48,517 bases of DNA, taken from the NCBI GenBank assembly GCA_049512315.1, contig JBEKXF010000023.1, positions 1 to 48,517 of the forward strand, written 5' to 3'. The translations under genes and the position numbers were made by a program. Source of the stretch: Candidatus Aminicenantales bacterium (GTDB lineage Bacteria; Acidobacteriota; Aminicenantia; Aminicenantales; Saccharicenantaceae). A model generated the notes under the pieces. The model did not search any database and was not told the origin of the DNA. It saw only the letters and a list, made by a program, of their open reading frames with translations. Numbering within the stretch: the stretch's first letter is position 1; every line of letters starts with the position of its first letter. Positions 26,102 to 34,783 of this stretch are shown piece after piece.

Positions 26102-28159
26102 CTATTCCCCCCTTTTCAGGAACCTGCCGTACCAGAGGAGATAGCGCTCGTACCGGTCGCGAACGTAGCTCGGCATCGAGATGCCGTGGAACTGGCCCGG
26201 GTAGACGACCAGCTGGGTTTCGACGCCGAGGCTCTTCAGGGCCTGGTACATCTGTTCCCCGCCGATGATCGGGACGTTGGAGTCCTTCTCGCCGCCCATG
26301 AACAGGGTCGGGGTCTTGATGCGGTCGGCCCGGAAGAACGGATAGGAGATCCGGAGCCAGGCATCCGTGACCTTCCAGGGAACGCCGATCTCCTGCTCGT
26401 ACTGGCGGATGTACTGGTCGTTCCCGTACATCGAGAGCTGCAGGGCGCTTCCCGCCCCGCTGACCGCGGCCTTGAATCGGGTGTCGGTGGCGATCGTGTA
26501 GTCGGTCAGGATCCCGCCGTAGCTCCAGCCGCCGATGCCGAGCCGGTCGGGGTCGGCAATCCCCGCGGCCACCGCCGCGTCGACGGCCCCGAGGAGGTCG
26601 ATGACCTCCTTGTGGCCCCAATCGGCGTAGATGGCTTTCTGGAACGCGGCCCCCCGGCCCGAGCTGCCCCGATAATTGACCGCCAGCACCACGTAGCCGT
26701 TCGCGGCGAAAAGCTCGCGCTCGAAGCTGAAGCTGTGGTCGTCCTGGCCGTTCGGTCCGCCGTGGATGCGGAGGAGCGTCGGGGTGCGCCGGCCGGGCGT
26801 GAAGGACGCCGGCTTGACAATGAGGCCGTTGACGACCGCGCCGTCCTTGCTCTTCGAGGTGAAATCCTCCGTCGTCGCGAGCTCGAGCTCGGTCCACAAA
26901 GCGTCGTTCTGATGGGTCAGCCGCCGGAGCGTGCTGCCTTCGAGAGCGTTCACCTCGGCCATCTCCGTCGCGGTTCCGGCGAGCAGGGTGATCGCGCTGT
27001 CGGGACCGAGCGAGATGCTCGAGACCGTGCGCCGCCCTGTGGTCAGCTTCTCGACAGGACCGCCCGAGGCCGCGGTCCGGCCCACGTAGACAACGCGGTC
27101 GTCGGAAACGAGGAAGAGCAGGCTTTTCCCGTCCGGCGTCCAGAGAATGGGGCCCGAAACGCCGCGGTCGAGCGCTTCCGTCAGGATCTTCGCAGGTCCG
27201 CCCTCCGCCGGGACGACGGCCAGCTTGTTGAGATTGTAGGCCGAAAAGCGGGGCTCGTCGCCGCGGAGGAAGGCGATCCACCGGCCGTCCGGGCTCCAGG
27301 CGGGGCGCCCGCCGTCCGGCCCTTCATAGGACGTCAATTGTCTCGGCTCGGCTCCGGGCTTCGCTTCGACCACGAAGACGTTGGAGTCGGGGGCGCGGTC
27401 CGGGTCGGGCCCCCTTTCGCTGAGGAAAGCGATCCGGCCGCCGTCGGGCGACCAGGCGGGCGAGGAATCGTTATATGGCCCGGTCGTGAGCGGCTCGGCC
27501 TTTCGGGAGGTCACGTCGAAGAGCCACAGGTGCGAATAGAGCTTCTTGAGGTAGCCGGACCGGTCCTGCTTGAAGTGATAGCGGTCGATAACGATGGGAG
27601 GCTTTGTCTTGCGCTTCCAGCCTTCCATCTTCTCAGGCTCGTCGGCCGGGTCCTGGTCGCTCGAGACGATCACCAGCCGCCGGCCGTCCGGCGACCAGGC
27701 ATAATCGTTGACTCCGCCCTTGATGTCCGTGAGTTTCTGGGCCTCACCGCCCCTTCTGTCGAGCAGCCAGACTTGGGCGCCCAGTTTTTTCTCCTCCTCG
27801 GTCCCCCGCGAGGCGAGAAAGGCGAGGAAGCGTCCGTCCGGGCTCCAGCGGGGGGAGCTCTCGCCGTCCGGGCTGGCGGTCAGGCGGACCTGCTCGGCGC
27901 CGTCCCAGCTCACCATCCAAAGGTCGGTATCACGCCTGTCCTTGTCGATGTCCGTCGTCCCGACGGTGTACGCGACCCATTTCCCGTCAGGCGACCGTTG
28001 GGGGTCCCCGACGCTGCGGATCTTGGCGAGGTCGTCGAGTGAGATCGGGCGCTTGACCGGCCCGGCTAAAGCGAGGGAAGTGCCGGCCATGACCGCGACC
28101 GTTGCCAAAGCAAAGAACTGAAAAACCCTGGAGCTTCGGTTTATCCTGAGGTGGTGCAT
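26102..28159 (-). CDS. S9-family peptidase (dipeptidyl / acylaminoacyl peptidase) with PD40 propeller
   Basis: Repeated WSPDG, IHGGP, NYRGSSGRG, GWSYGG nucleophile, D.NVP, catalytic His in QFHG. Confidence 0.93.
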   Translation of the reverse strand: MHHLRINRSSRVFQFFALATVAVMAGTSLALAGPVKRPISLDDLAKIRSVGDPQRSPDGKWVAYTVGTTDIDKDRRDTDLWMVSWDGAEQVRLTASPDGESSPRWSPDGRFLAFLASRGTEEEKKLGAQVWLLDRRGGEAQKLTDIKGGVNDYAWSPDGRRLVIVSSDQDPADEPEKMEGWKRKTKPPIVIDRYHFKQDRSGYLKKLYSHLWLFDVTSRKAEPLTTGPYNDSSPAWSPDGGRIAFLSERGPDPDRAPDSNVFVVEAKPGAEPRQLTSYEGPDGGRPAWSPDGRWIAFLRGDEPRFSAYNLNKLAVVPAEGGPAKILTEALDRGVSGPILWTPDGKSLLFLVSDDRVVYVGRTAASGGPVEKLTTGRRTVSSISLGPDSAITLLAGTATEMAEVNALEGSTLRRLTHQNDALWTELELATTEDFTSKSKDGAVVNGLIVKPASFTPGRRTPTLLRIHGGPNGQDDHSFSFERELFAANGYVVLAVNYRGSSGRGAAFQKAIYADWGHKEVIDLLGAVDAAVAAGIADPDRLGIGGWSYGGILTDYTIATDTRFKAAVSGAGSALQLSMYGNDQYIRQYEQEIGVPWKVTDAWLRISYPFFRADRIKTPTLFMGGEKDSNVPIIGGEQMYQALKSLGVETQLVVYPGQFHGISMPSYVRDRYERYLLWYGRFLKRGE

Positions 28160-28285
28160 GGAATGACTTATATCGACCATCCGCCGGGCTGTCAAGGCCG
28201 GGGCCGGGCCGGGCGGCGTGCGTGACGGGAGGCTCCGGACGCGGGTTCTCTCCGGGAGATCGCCGCCGCTCGCCGGGAGCGCGGC

Positions 28286-28314
28286 TTGACTTTCGACCCC
28301 GGGCGCGATATAAA
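28286..28314 (+). promoter_or_regulatory. sigma70-type promoter of the DUF4412 gene
   Basis: TTGACT-17-TATAAA. Confidence 0.6.
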
Positions 28315-28437
28315 CCAATCAATCCGCATGAGGGCTCCATTTCGACAGGCAGGGCTTTTTTCCGGCGGCCACGGCTCTTCGAGGGTCTCCCGTGCGGCGG
28401 CGGATGAAACCATCCAATTCTGAAGAGGAGGATTCAT

Positions 28438-29214
28438 ATGAGCACGAAAAGATCCTGGAGCATTTTTGTCGTCCTTCTGGTCTTCTCGTTGGCCCTGGGG
28501 GTCGTCTCCGTCCGGGCCGATGTTTACATGAAGCAGAAAACCCACACCGGATCCTTCACGGTCATGGGCAAGACCCAGCCGGAAAAGGACGAAACCGTCG
28601 TCTTTTGGCTCGGCGAAAACAAGGCCCGGACGGACCACGACGGCGGAAAATCGACCCTCCTCCTCGCGGACAAGGGCCTTTTGTACATGATTGACCACAA
28701 CAAGAAGACGTACGCGGAAATGCCCCTGGATATGAGCAAGGCGGTGGACGAAGCCCTCGCGGAGAAGGGTGAACAGGGGCAGAAAGTCGCGGGCTTCATG
28801 AAGGGGCTGACGAAAGGGATGATGGGCGGGATCACCGTGAAGGTGACCGAGACCGGGGAAACGAAAAAGATCGGGAGCTGGAGCTGCCGCAAGTACATTA
28901 TCGACATGAAGATGCCCATGGGAGAGACGAATTCCGAGGCCTGGGCGACCGAGGACCTCAAGATCGACGCCAAGCTCTACCTCACGTCCGTCAATGCGAT
29001 GATGGCCAGCCAGCCGGGCTTCCAGGACATCATCAAGGAGATGCAGAAGATCAAGGGCGTCATTGCCTATCAGACGACGACCGCCAAAATGAGGGGCTCG
29101 GACATCGTGACGACCACCGAGCTCATCGAATGCGGCGACAGAACGGCCCCGGCCGGGAGCTACGACGTGCCCGCGGGATATAGCAAGGTCAAGGGCATGA
29201 AGGGAATGAATTAG
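28438..29214 (+). CDS. Secreted DUF4412-like protein
   Basis: Signal peptide; IDHNKKTYAE, TGETKKIGSWSCRKY, YDVPAGY; SD GAGGAGG. Confidence 0.75.
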   Translation: MSTKRSWSIFVVLLVFSLALGVVSVRADVYMKQKTHTGSFTVMGKTQPEKDETVVFWLGENKARTDHDGGKSTLLLADKGLLYMIDHNKKTYAEMPLDMSKAVDEALAEKGEQGQKVAGFMKGLTKGMMGGITVKVTETGETKKIGSWSCRKYIIDMKMPMGETNSEAWATEDLKIDAKLYLTSVNAMMASQPGFQDIIKEMQKIKGVIAYQTTTAKMRGSDIVTTTELIECGDRTAPAGSYDVPAGYSKVKGMKGMN

Positions 29215-29325
29215 CGCCCGGAAGGGCCAGGCGCCGGCTGCCGCCCGGGCTCAGGCGACCGGGCAGGGATGGATTGTGCCCATTCCGGCGCCGGCGCGAT
29301 CGGAGGCCGGGCACGGGGGTGTGCG

Positions 29326-29763
29326 ATGCTTTATTTTGCTTACGCTTCGAACATGAACCATGCCCAGATGAAGGAGAGGTGTCCCGGCGGCCGTTTCCTG
29401 AAGCCCGTCATCCTGGAAGGCCATCGGTTCGTCTACGACGGCTATTCCGAGACACGGCAGGGAGCGACGGCCAATTTCTTATCCTCCGGGACCGAGGTCG
29501 TCCGGGGGGCCCTCTTCGAGATCACCGAGAAAGACAAGCTGGCTATGGACTCCTTCGAGGGTTATCCCAAGGACTATGAGCGGAAAGTCGTCGAGGTGAA
29601 GGATGCGGAGGGGAAGGCCCATGCGGCGATGGCTTATTTCCGGCCGCCCCGGGCCTTGGGGAAACCTCATCCCGATTACGAAAAAGTGATCCTCGACGGG
29701 GCCAAGGACTGCAAACTCCCGGAGGAGTACATCGACAGGTATTTGAGGGTCATCCGGCTTTAG
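29326..29763 (+). CDS. Gamma-glutamylcyclotransferase family protein
   Basis: LYFAYASNM...QM.ERCP, MDSFEGYP..Y, LPEEYI. Confidence 0.88.
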   Translation: MLYFAYASNMNHAQMKERCPGGRFLKPVILEGHRFVYDGYSETRQGATANFLSSGTEVVRGALFEITEKDKLAMDSFEGYPKDYERKVVEVKDAEGKAHAAMAYFRPPRALGKPHPDYEKVILDGAKDCKLPEEYIDRYLRVIRL

Positions 29764-29783
29764 GTCCCGTCTGCGGCCGCATG

Positions 29784-29848
29784 TTGACATTTTCTTAACA
29801 AACTCTTGACAGAATCATGACATCTCCGGGCCTCGGCGACCCTATATT
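29784..29848 (+). promoter_or_regulatory. Four direct repeats at 11-bp period (PhoP/PhoB-box-like) upstream of a -10 element
   Basis: TTGACA(29784), TTAACA(29795), TTGACA(29806), ATGACA(29817); TATATT at 29843. Confidence 0.7.
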
Positions 29849-29906
29849 TTCGGCGGACGGACGAAGACAGGATGGAGCGATGAAACCCTCTCGAGGGGGA
29901 ACCCAG

Positions 29907-31634
29907 ATGGCCATGAAAATCGTCGCGGCCTTCATGCTGCCCGCTTTCTTCGTGTTCTCGACCTCTTGCATCTACCGGATCCAGCAAAGAGACTTCGCCA
30001 CCGTGGCCAGGAACGGGCCGAAGGCCCGGATCCTGGGCGTCCAGACAAGAGCGAGGGAATACTTCGAGTTCAGCGAGGCCCGCCCGGCCAGGATCAGCGG
30101 CGGGAATGTCGTCGGCGAAACCCTGAAGACGGTCGAATTCGACCGGGCGGATATTGCCCGTGTCCTCATGGCCGACGAAACCAGGCCCGGCGAAGTCACG
30201 ACCAAAGATGGAAAAACGTATCGCGTCCTGACGTCACGGTCCGTAGAGGACAAGCTCGTCTGCCAGGCCTACGTGCCGGTCCTCATCCCTCTTTCGGAGA
30301 TTCAGCTGGCCTGGGTCAAGACCGCCAACACGGGGGCCTCGATCCTGCAGGGCCTGGGCTATGCCCTCGTCATCACCCTGGTCATCGCCCTGTTGGCCGT
30401 GACCGAGGACGAGGGACTCCTCGATTCCCTGGACGACTCGGGGGGAGAGGGGGCGCCTCCGCCCGTCTACAAAGATTTCTGGGAGAGCTACTTCGTCGAC
30501 GCCGAGCTCCATGGTGCGGCGCCCGGCCAGGGCTTCACGATCACGGAATGGACGGCGGTCGACTGCACGCCGGAGGGTGGCGGGCGGGCCAGGTTCCTGT
30601 TCGGCAACGAGCTCAATGAGCCCAAGTCCACCGACATGTTGAAGATCATCGTCGTCGATCATCCGCCGAAGACGGGCATCGCCCTGGATTTCAGGGGGGC
30701 GATCCACACGGTCTCTGATCCGCTCGCGCCCAGGAAAGCGCGCGACCGGCGCGGGACGGATATCCTGCCTCTTGTCGCCCGGAACGACAAGCTGGTCTGG
30801 GTGAGCCCCGAGGAAGAGAGAGACCCGAAGAAAAAAGAGGATCTGAGGGACGAGCTTGTCTTCGAGTTCCCCAAGCCGCCGGGCGTCAAGCAGGCCAAGC
30901 TCCTCGTGAATGCCACGAACACGATGTGGGCCGCCCATTTCGCCGGGATGTTCCTCGGGGTCACGGGCGGCAGCGTTCCCGGGCGGTCGGACGACCAGGG
31001 CCGGCTCGACATGTCCGGCGGCCGGGCCCGGGATTGGTACCGGGAGGAGGAATTTTACAAGCTCAGGGTCTGGGTGGAAACCAAGAACGGTTGGCAGCCC
31101 CGCCAGACGATCTACGGCGGCGGGCCCTTCGTCCCCCGGGACAAGCTCTGCATCATCGACATCGGCGACGTCTCCGGCCCGACGCTCAAGATCAAGCTCA
31201 TGCCTCCCGTGAACTTCTGGGTGATCGACCGGCTAGCAGTGGACTACAGCAAGGACGTCCCGGTCGAGGTGAACGAGGTCAGCCCGGAGAGCGCCGCGGC
31301 GCCCGGCCTTGACAGCGAAGCTGTAAAAGCCGCGCTGGCCGAAGCCGACGGCCGGTACCTCGACCTCCCGAGCCCGAATGACAAGGTCGAGATAACCTTC
31401 TTCAGTCCCCCGCTCAGGACGGGCCTGGCACGATCGGTCATCCTCCAGACCGTCAGCCGTTATGAGATCCGGCCCGGGGAGTTGGGTACGCCTCCGGGAG
31501 AGATCGCCGGAAAACTGACTGGAGAACCGGGCTTCGCGACCCGATACGCTCTCGAACAATACATGAAATGGGAGGCCGGGCTCCGGGCGAAGATCAAGAA
31601 GGCCGCGCGGCCAGGGGTCATTTCCGGAAATTGA
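29907..31634 (+). CDS. Hypothetical lipoprotein with an internal TM helix and a large C-terminal beta-rich region
   Basis: Lipobox-like FSTSC; hydrophobic LGYALVITLVIALLAV; SD GAGGGGG. The start may be 29880 or 29913. Confidence 0.7.
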   Translation: MAMKIVAAFMLPAFFVFSTSCIYRIQQRDFATVARNGPKARILGVQTRAREYFEFSEARPARISGGNVVGETLKTVEFDRADIARVLMADETRPGEVTTKDGKTYRVLTSRSVEDKLVCQAYVPVLIPLSEIQLAWVKTANTGASILQGLGYALVITLVIALLAVTEDEGLLDSLDDSGGEGAPPPVYKDFWESYFVDAELHGAAPGQGFTITEWTAVDCTPEGGGRARFLFGNELNEPKSTDMLKIIVVDHPPKTGIALDFRGAIHTVSDPLAPRKARDRRGTDILPLVARNDKLVWVSPEEERDPKKKEDLRDELVFEFPKPPGVKQAKLLVNATNTMWAAHFAGMFLGVTGGSVPGRSDDQGRLDMSGGRARDWYREEEFYKLRVWVETKNGWQPRQTIYGGGPFVPRDKLCIIDIGDVSGPTLKIKLMPPVNFWVIDRLAVDYSKDVPVEVNEVSPESAAAPGLDSEAVKAALAEADGRYLDLPSPNDKVEITFFSPPLRTGLARSVILQTVSRYEIRPGELGTPPGEIAGKLTGEPGFATRYALEQYMKWEAGLRAKIKKAARPGVISGN

Positions 31635-32820
31635 GGAGAAGCCGGGCGCTCAATCTCCCGCCCTCGTATTCCAGGGCATAAAACGAAGCGTTGATGGCGC
31701 CCAGGGGCTTGATGGCGATCCCCAAGGCCTTCCCGTCGATCAGGCGCTGCAAAGCGGGCTTGGAGATGGTCAGGTAGGTCTTACCGCTAGCGCCCTCGGT
31801 CACGGGCCAGTCGATGATCATCTGCGGATCCAGGACATCGTCGAGGGGCTTCCCCAGGCGCAGGCTGTCGAAGGTGACGGTCTTCTGATCCCAGCGCGGG
31901 TCCCCGCCGAGGATCTCGACGACCCGGATCAATCCGAAGTCCGGGTGCTCGTCCGAAGTGCGCTCGAGCGAGCGGGTCGTCAGCTCGAGTAGGCCGCTGC
32001 CCGAGACTTTCTTTCCCGCAAAGGCGGCAAGATCCCATCGCAGGATGATGAGCCGCGTGCCGCCGGCCGTGACGACGTTTGTCCTTTTTCCGGCGTCCCG
32101 GACATACCAGTTGTTCAAGTTGACATCCGGATTGTCGAGGTCGACGGTCGCGTCGGCGGCCACCCGGACCTCGCGGGAGAACGATCCCGGGTCGGCGACG
32201 GGCGGATGGTACGGCACCGGATCCCCCTGATCAGGGCCGGCGACCGCCGTGTCGATGATGTCCACCTTGAAATAGTCCACGTCAACGCGGTATTTCCCTA
32301 ATCCCCAGTCCATGAGCGCCATCTGGCCGTTGACCGTGTCTCCCGGTTCGGCCTCGAACCCGCGGGTGGTCATGCTGATCGTGTGCCAACTCGTTGTGTC
32401 GGGGATGTCGAACTCCATGAGATGGCTAAGAAAATCGGTGGTCTTCTGGGTGTTGAGATGGAGGTTCACCCGGCGCGGTGCGTGGCTCACTCGGATGCGG
32501 GCCTCGACCCGGAGGGCGTAGCCGGGCCGTTTGAGAAGGGCGAGGTCCATCTTGTCGGAAACCTTGCGCTTGATCAACGCCCACCAGACGCCGCGCCGGT
32601 CCTTGGTTGCATCCACCAGGATGGAGGCGTAACCGTCCCTTTGGACAAAATCCATGACGGCGTTCCCTTCTCCGGAGAAGAAGGACCAGCCCTTGACCCC
32701 ATCGAGGTCCTTTTTCAGGGGGCCTTTAAAATCGTCCTGGAATTGGGCCGAAGCGAGGGTTGAGACGGAGAGGCCGAGGAGAAGCGCGCCGAGGAGCTTT
32801 TTCATCATCGAGGACCTCAT
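31618..32820 (-). CDS. Secreted hypothetical protein with a C-terminal DNRLRE/CBM96-like domain
   Basis: Signal peptide MKKLLGALLLG; ADATVD..NPD.N...ILRWDL...LELT pattern. The start may be 32808. Confidence 0.6.
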   Translation of the reverse strand: MRSSMMKKLLGALLLGLSVSTLASAQFQDDFKGPLKKDLDGVKGWSFFSGEGNAVMDFVQRDGYASILVDATKDRRGVWWALIKRKVSDKMDLALLKRPGYALRVEARIRVSHAPRRVNLHLNTQKTTDFLSHLMEFDIPDTTSWHTISMTTRGFEAEPGDTVNGQMALMDWGLGKYRVDVDYFKVDIIDTAVAGPDQGDPVPYHPPVADPGSFSREVRVAADATVDLDNPDVNLNNWYVRDAGKRTNVVTAGGTRLIILRWDLAAFAGKKVSGSGLLELTTRSLERTSDEHPDFGLIRVVEILGGDPRWDQKTVTFDSLRLGKPLDDVLDPQMIIDWPVTEGASGKTYLTISKPALQRLIDGKALGIAIKPLGAINASFYALEYEGGRLSARLLLNFRK

Positions 32821-32937
32821 TTGACCGACCCGCTGATTATCATGACCCTCTCATTATATTTTTTTGAGGGCGAATATCCAGCCCGGACAATGGTCTTGGA
32901 ACTTCCGCCCGGTCCGATTCGTCTCCATGATGAGCGA

Positions 32938-33066
32938 GGCCGGGACTTCGCCGGCGGTGCAGGTCTGGCCGGTCCTGGCCTTGAACCTGGGGTGGCCTCC
33001 GTAGGCTTCGTCGAGCAGGTCCTTCCATCGCTCCACCAGGGACTAGGCGATGTCGCTCGCGGAGTC
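32938..33066 (-). pseudogene. Degenerate tandem copy of the TipAS-domain coding segment
   Basis: 129 bp, 113/129 identical to 33134-33262; CAG changed to a TAG stop at 33043-33045. Confidence 0.85.
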
Positions 33067-33811
33067 ATGTCTTTTTGGCGGCGCGGGCCTTCTTGATGAA
33101 GTCCCAGACCTCGGGACCGAACATCCTATAGTCGGCCGGGACCGCGCTGGCGGTGTAGGCCTGGCCGATCCTGGCCTTGAGCTCGGGGTGGCCTCCGTAG
33201 GCTTCGTCGAGCAGGTTCTTCCAGCGCTTCGCCAAGGACTGGGCGATGTCGCTCGCGGGGTCGGCCTCGAGGTTTTTCCTGACTTCCTCGATGAGCAAAG
33301 CCCAGTGGCGCTGATAGGTCTCCACCATCTCGGGAGTGTATTTCTTGCCCACCTCCTGAAACTCCTTGAGCTCCGCCTCCGTAAAAAACTTTTCGTGCCA
33401 CGTTTTCTTGACGTCTTCACCCATTTGGATAACCTCCATGATCTTGATGAGCTTTTGCCGGTGGATCCGGCCTTTGGTCTCAAGAAGGCCCAAAACCTGC
33501 TCGATGGCCCGGGAGGCCTGCCTGAGTCGGTCGATCTCGTCCCTGACCGCTCCGGCCTGGATTTTCAGGGATCTCACGACCTCGTAGCCCTTCCGGTCGA
33601 GAAGCTCGCGGACTTGGTCCAGGGAGAACCCCATGAACTTCAGGGTCACGATCTGCTGGAGCTTCAGCAGGTCGGTGTCGGTGTAGACCCGGTAGCCGTT
33701 GGCTTTTTCGAAGCTCGGCTTGAGCAGACCGATCTCGTCGTAATAGTGGAGCGTTCGGACGGTGACTTTCGTCAGGTCGGCAAACTCCTTGATGAGATAA
33801 TTCTCCTTCAT
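33065..33811 (-). CDS. MerR-family regulator with TipAS antibiotic-recognition domain (Mta/TipA type)
   Basis: IKEFADLTKVTVRTLHYYDEIGLLKP, GYRVY, DPASDIAQSLAKRW. Confidence 0.93.
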   Translation of the reverse strand: MKENYLIKEFADLTKVTVRTLHYYDEIGLLKPSFEKANGYRVYTDTDLLKLQQIVTLKFMGFSLDQVRELLDRKGYEVVRSLKIQAGAVRDEIDRLRQASRAIEQVLGLLETKGRIHRQKLIKIMEVIQMGEDVKKTWHEKFFTEAELKEFQEVGKKYTPEMVETYQRHWALLIEEVRKNLEADPASDIAQSLAKRWKNLLDEAYGGHPELKARIGQAYTASAVPADYRMFGPEVWDFIKKARAAKKT

Positions 33812-33829
33812 GGCCTTGTCCTCGAGACC

Positions 33830-33860
33830 ATTATCAACTATGACGTAACGTCAGAGTCAA
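33830..33860 (-). promoter_or_regulatory. MerR-type 19-bp-spacer promoter with dyad operator
   Basis: TTGACT-19-GATAAT, with palindrome TGACGT-N-ACGTCA (33841-33853) in the spacer. Confidence 0.85.
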
Positions 33861-33939
33861 GCGTTTTTTGAAGATTTTTTTCGGGGAATATCGGGGGGGG
33901 CTGATGAATGTGGGATGGGGCCCAGGCCGGGACCCGGGC

Positions 33940-34383
33940 TCACTGCCACCGATAGCCGGTCGTGAGCTGGAAGGTCTTCTGGGAGATGGACTTGTCACTC
34001 GTCCGGGAGAAGTTGAATTCGAGCCGGATGCTCCGGAAGATGTACCACGTGGTGCCGGCCAGATAGATGTTGCCCGGCGTGGTCAACAAGTCCTGAACGG
34101 TCAGGTCTTCGAGCAGCCCGGTGCCCCGCCCGTAGCCGATGTAAAGATAGTTGTCCGCAGAAAAATACCTTCGAACGGTCAGGACGCAGGAAAACGAAGA
34201 GTTCCCATTTTCCCTGTCGTAGTTGAGCCGCACGTAAGGGTAGTAATTCCCCAGGTAGTAGCCCAGGGAACCCAGGAAGACCGTAATCGGCCTCCCGGGG
34301 AAATCCATATGCCAGACACCGAGCGAGGCCTCCGCGGCGGAAAATAAACCCTGGTAAATTTCAAGAAGATATGGCAGCCGCAG
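33940..34383 (-). pseudogene. 5'-truncated YaiO-family outer-membrane beta-barrel fragment
   Basis: Open frame EIYQGLFSAAEASLGVWHMDF...GSLGYYLGNYY...RRYFSADNY...GYRWQ. An upstream in-frame stop lies at 34384-34386 and there is no signal peptide. Confidence 0.6.
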
Positions 34384-34473
34384 TCAGAGAAGGTGAATCC
34401 AAGGGTGATTTTTGGGGCCGTGGTTCACCTCTGAAGGGGAAGGCCGTTCACCCTTCCCCCTGGGGGAGTCCCG

Positions 34474-34503
34474 TTGACATCGCCGAAAAGCCTTGGTTAT
34501 AAT
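34474..34503 (+). promoter_or_regulatory. Consensus sigma70 promoter upstream of the MacAB-TolC-like operon
   Basis: TTGACA-18-TATAAT. Confidence 0.7.
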
Positions 34504-34783
34504 CTTGCTGCGAACAGGGGAATTGCTCGATCCCCATGTCGGCGTTCTTCGATCAGGACTCTAAAACCTATTCGGTCCTGCTCGCTTCGAAGTCCTTAAT
34601 AACGCCTCCCAAATCAAGAGAAACCAGCTCATATCGCGGCATCTGGGGGTTAGAAATAAATCGGCATGTTTCTTGAATGTTTAAATTGAATGGACTAGAA
34701 TTAAATTTATTCTCCGACTGTAAGGAGTTTGACGAGACCGGTATCGGTATCCACAGAGTAGGGCGATAAAAAGGAGAATAAGA

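Noticed and set aside
28315..28437. Riboswitch in the DUF4412 leader
   Set aside because: Only short GC-rich stems (ATCCGC/GCGGAT, CACGG/CCGTG), with no recognisable aptamer consensus or terminator.
33043..33045. In-frame TAG as a pyrrolysine or recoding signal
   Set aside because: It is a simple CAG-to-TAG transition in a decaying copy. TAG is used as a normal stop elsewhere in the window and no pyl genes are seen.
32938..33262. Possible DGR template/variable repeat pair
   Set aside because: The mismatches are mostly transitions in both directions rather than adenine-specific, and there is no reverse transcriptase in the window.
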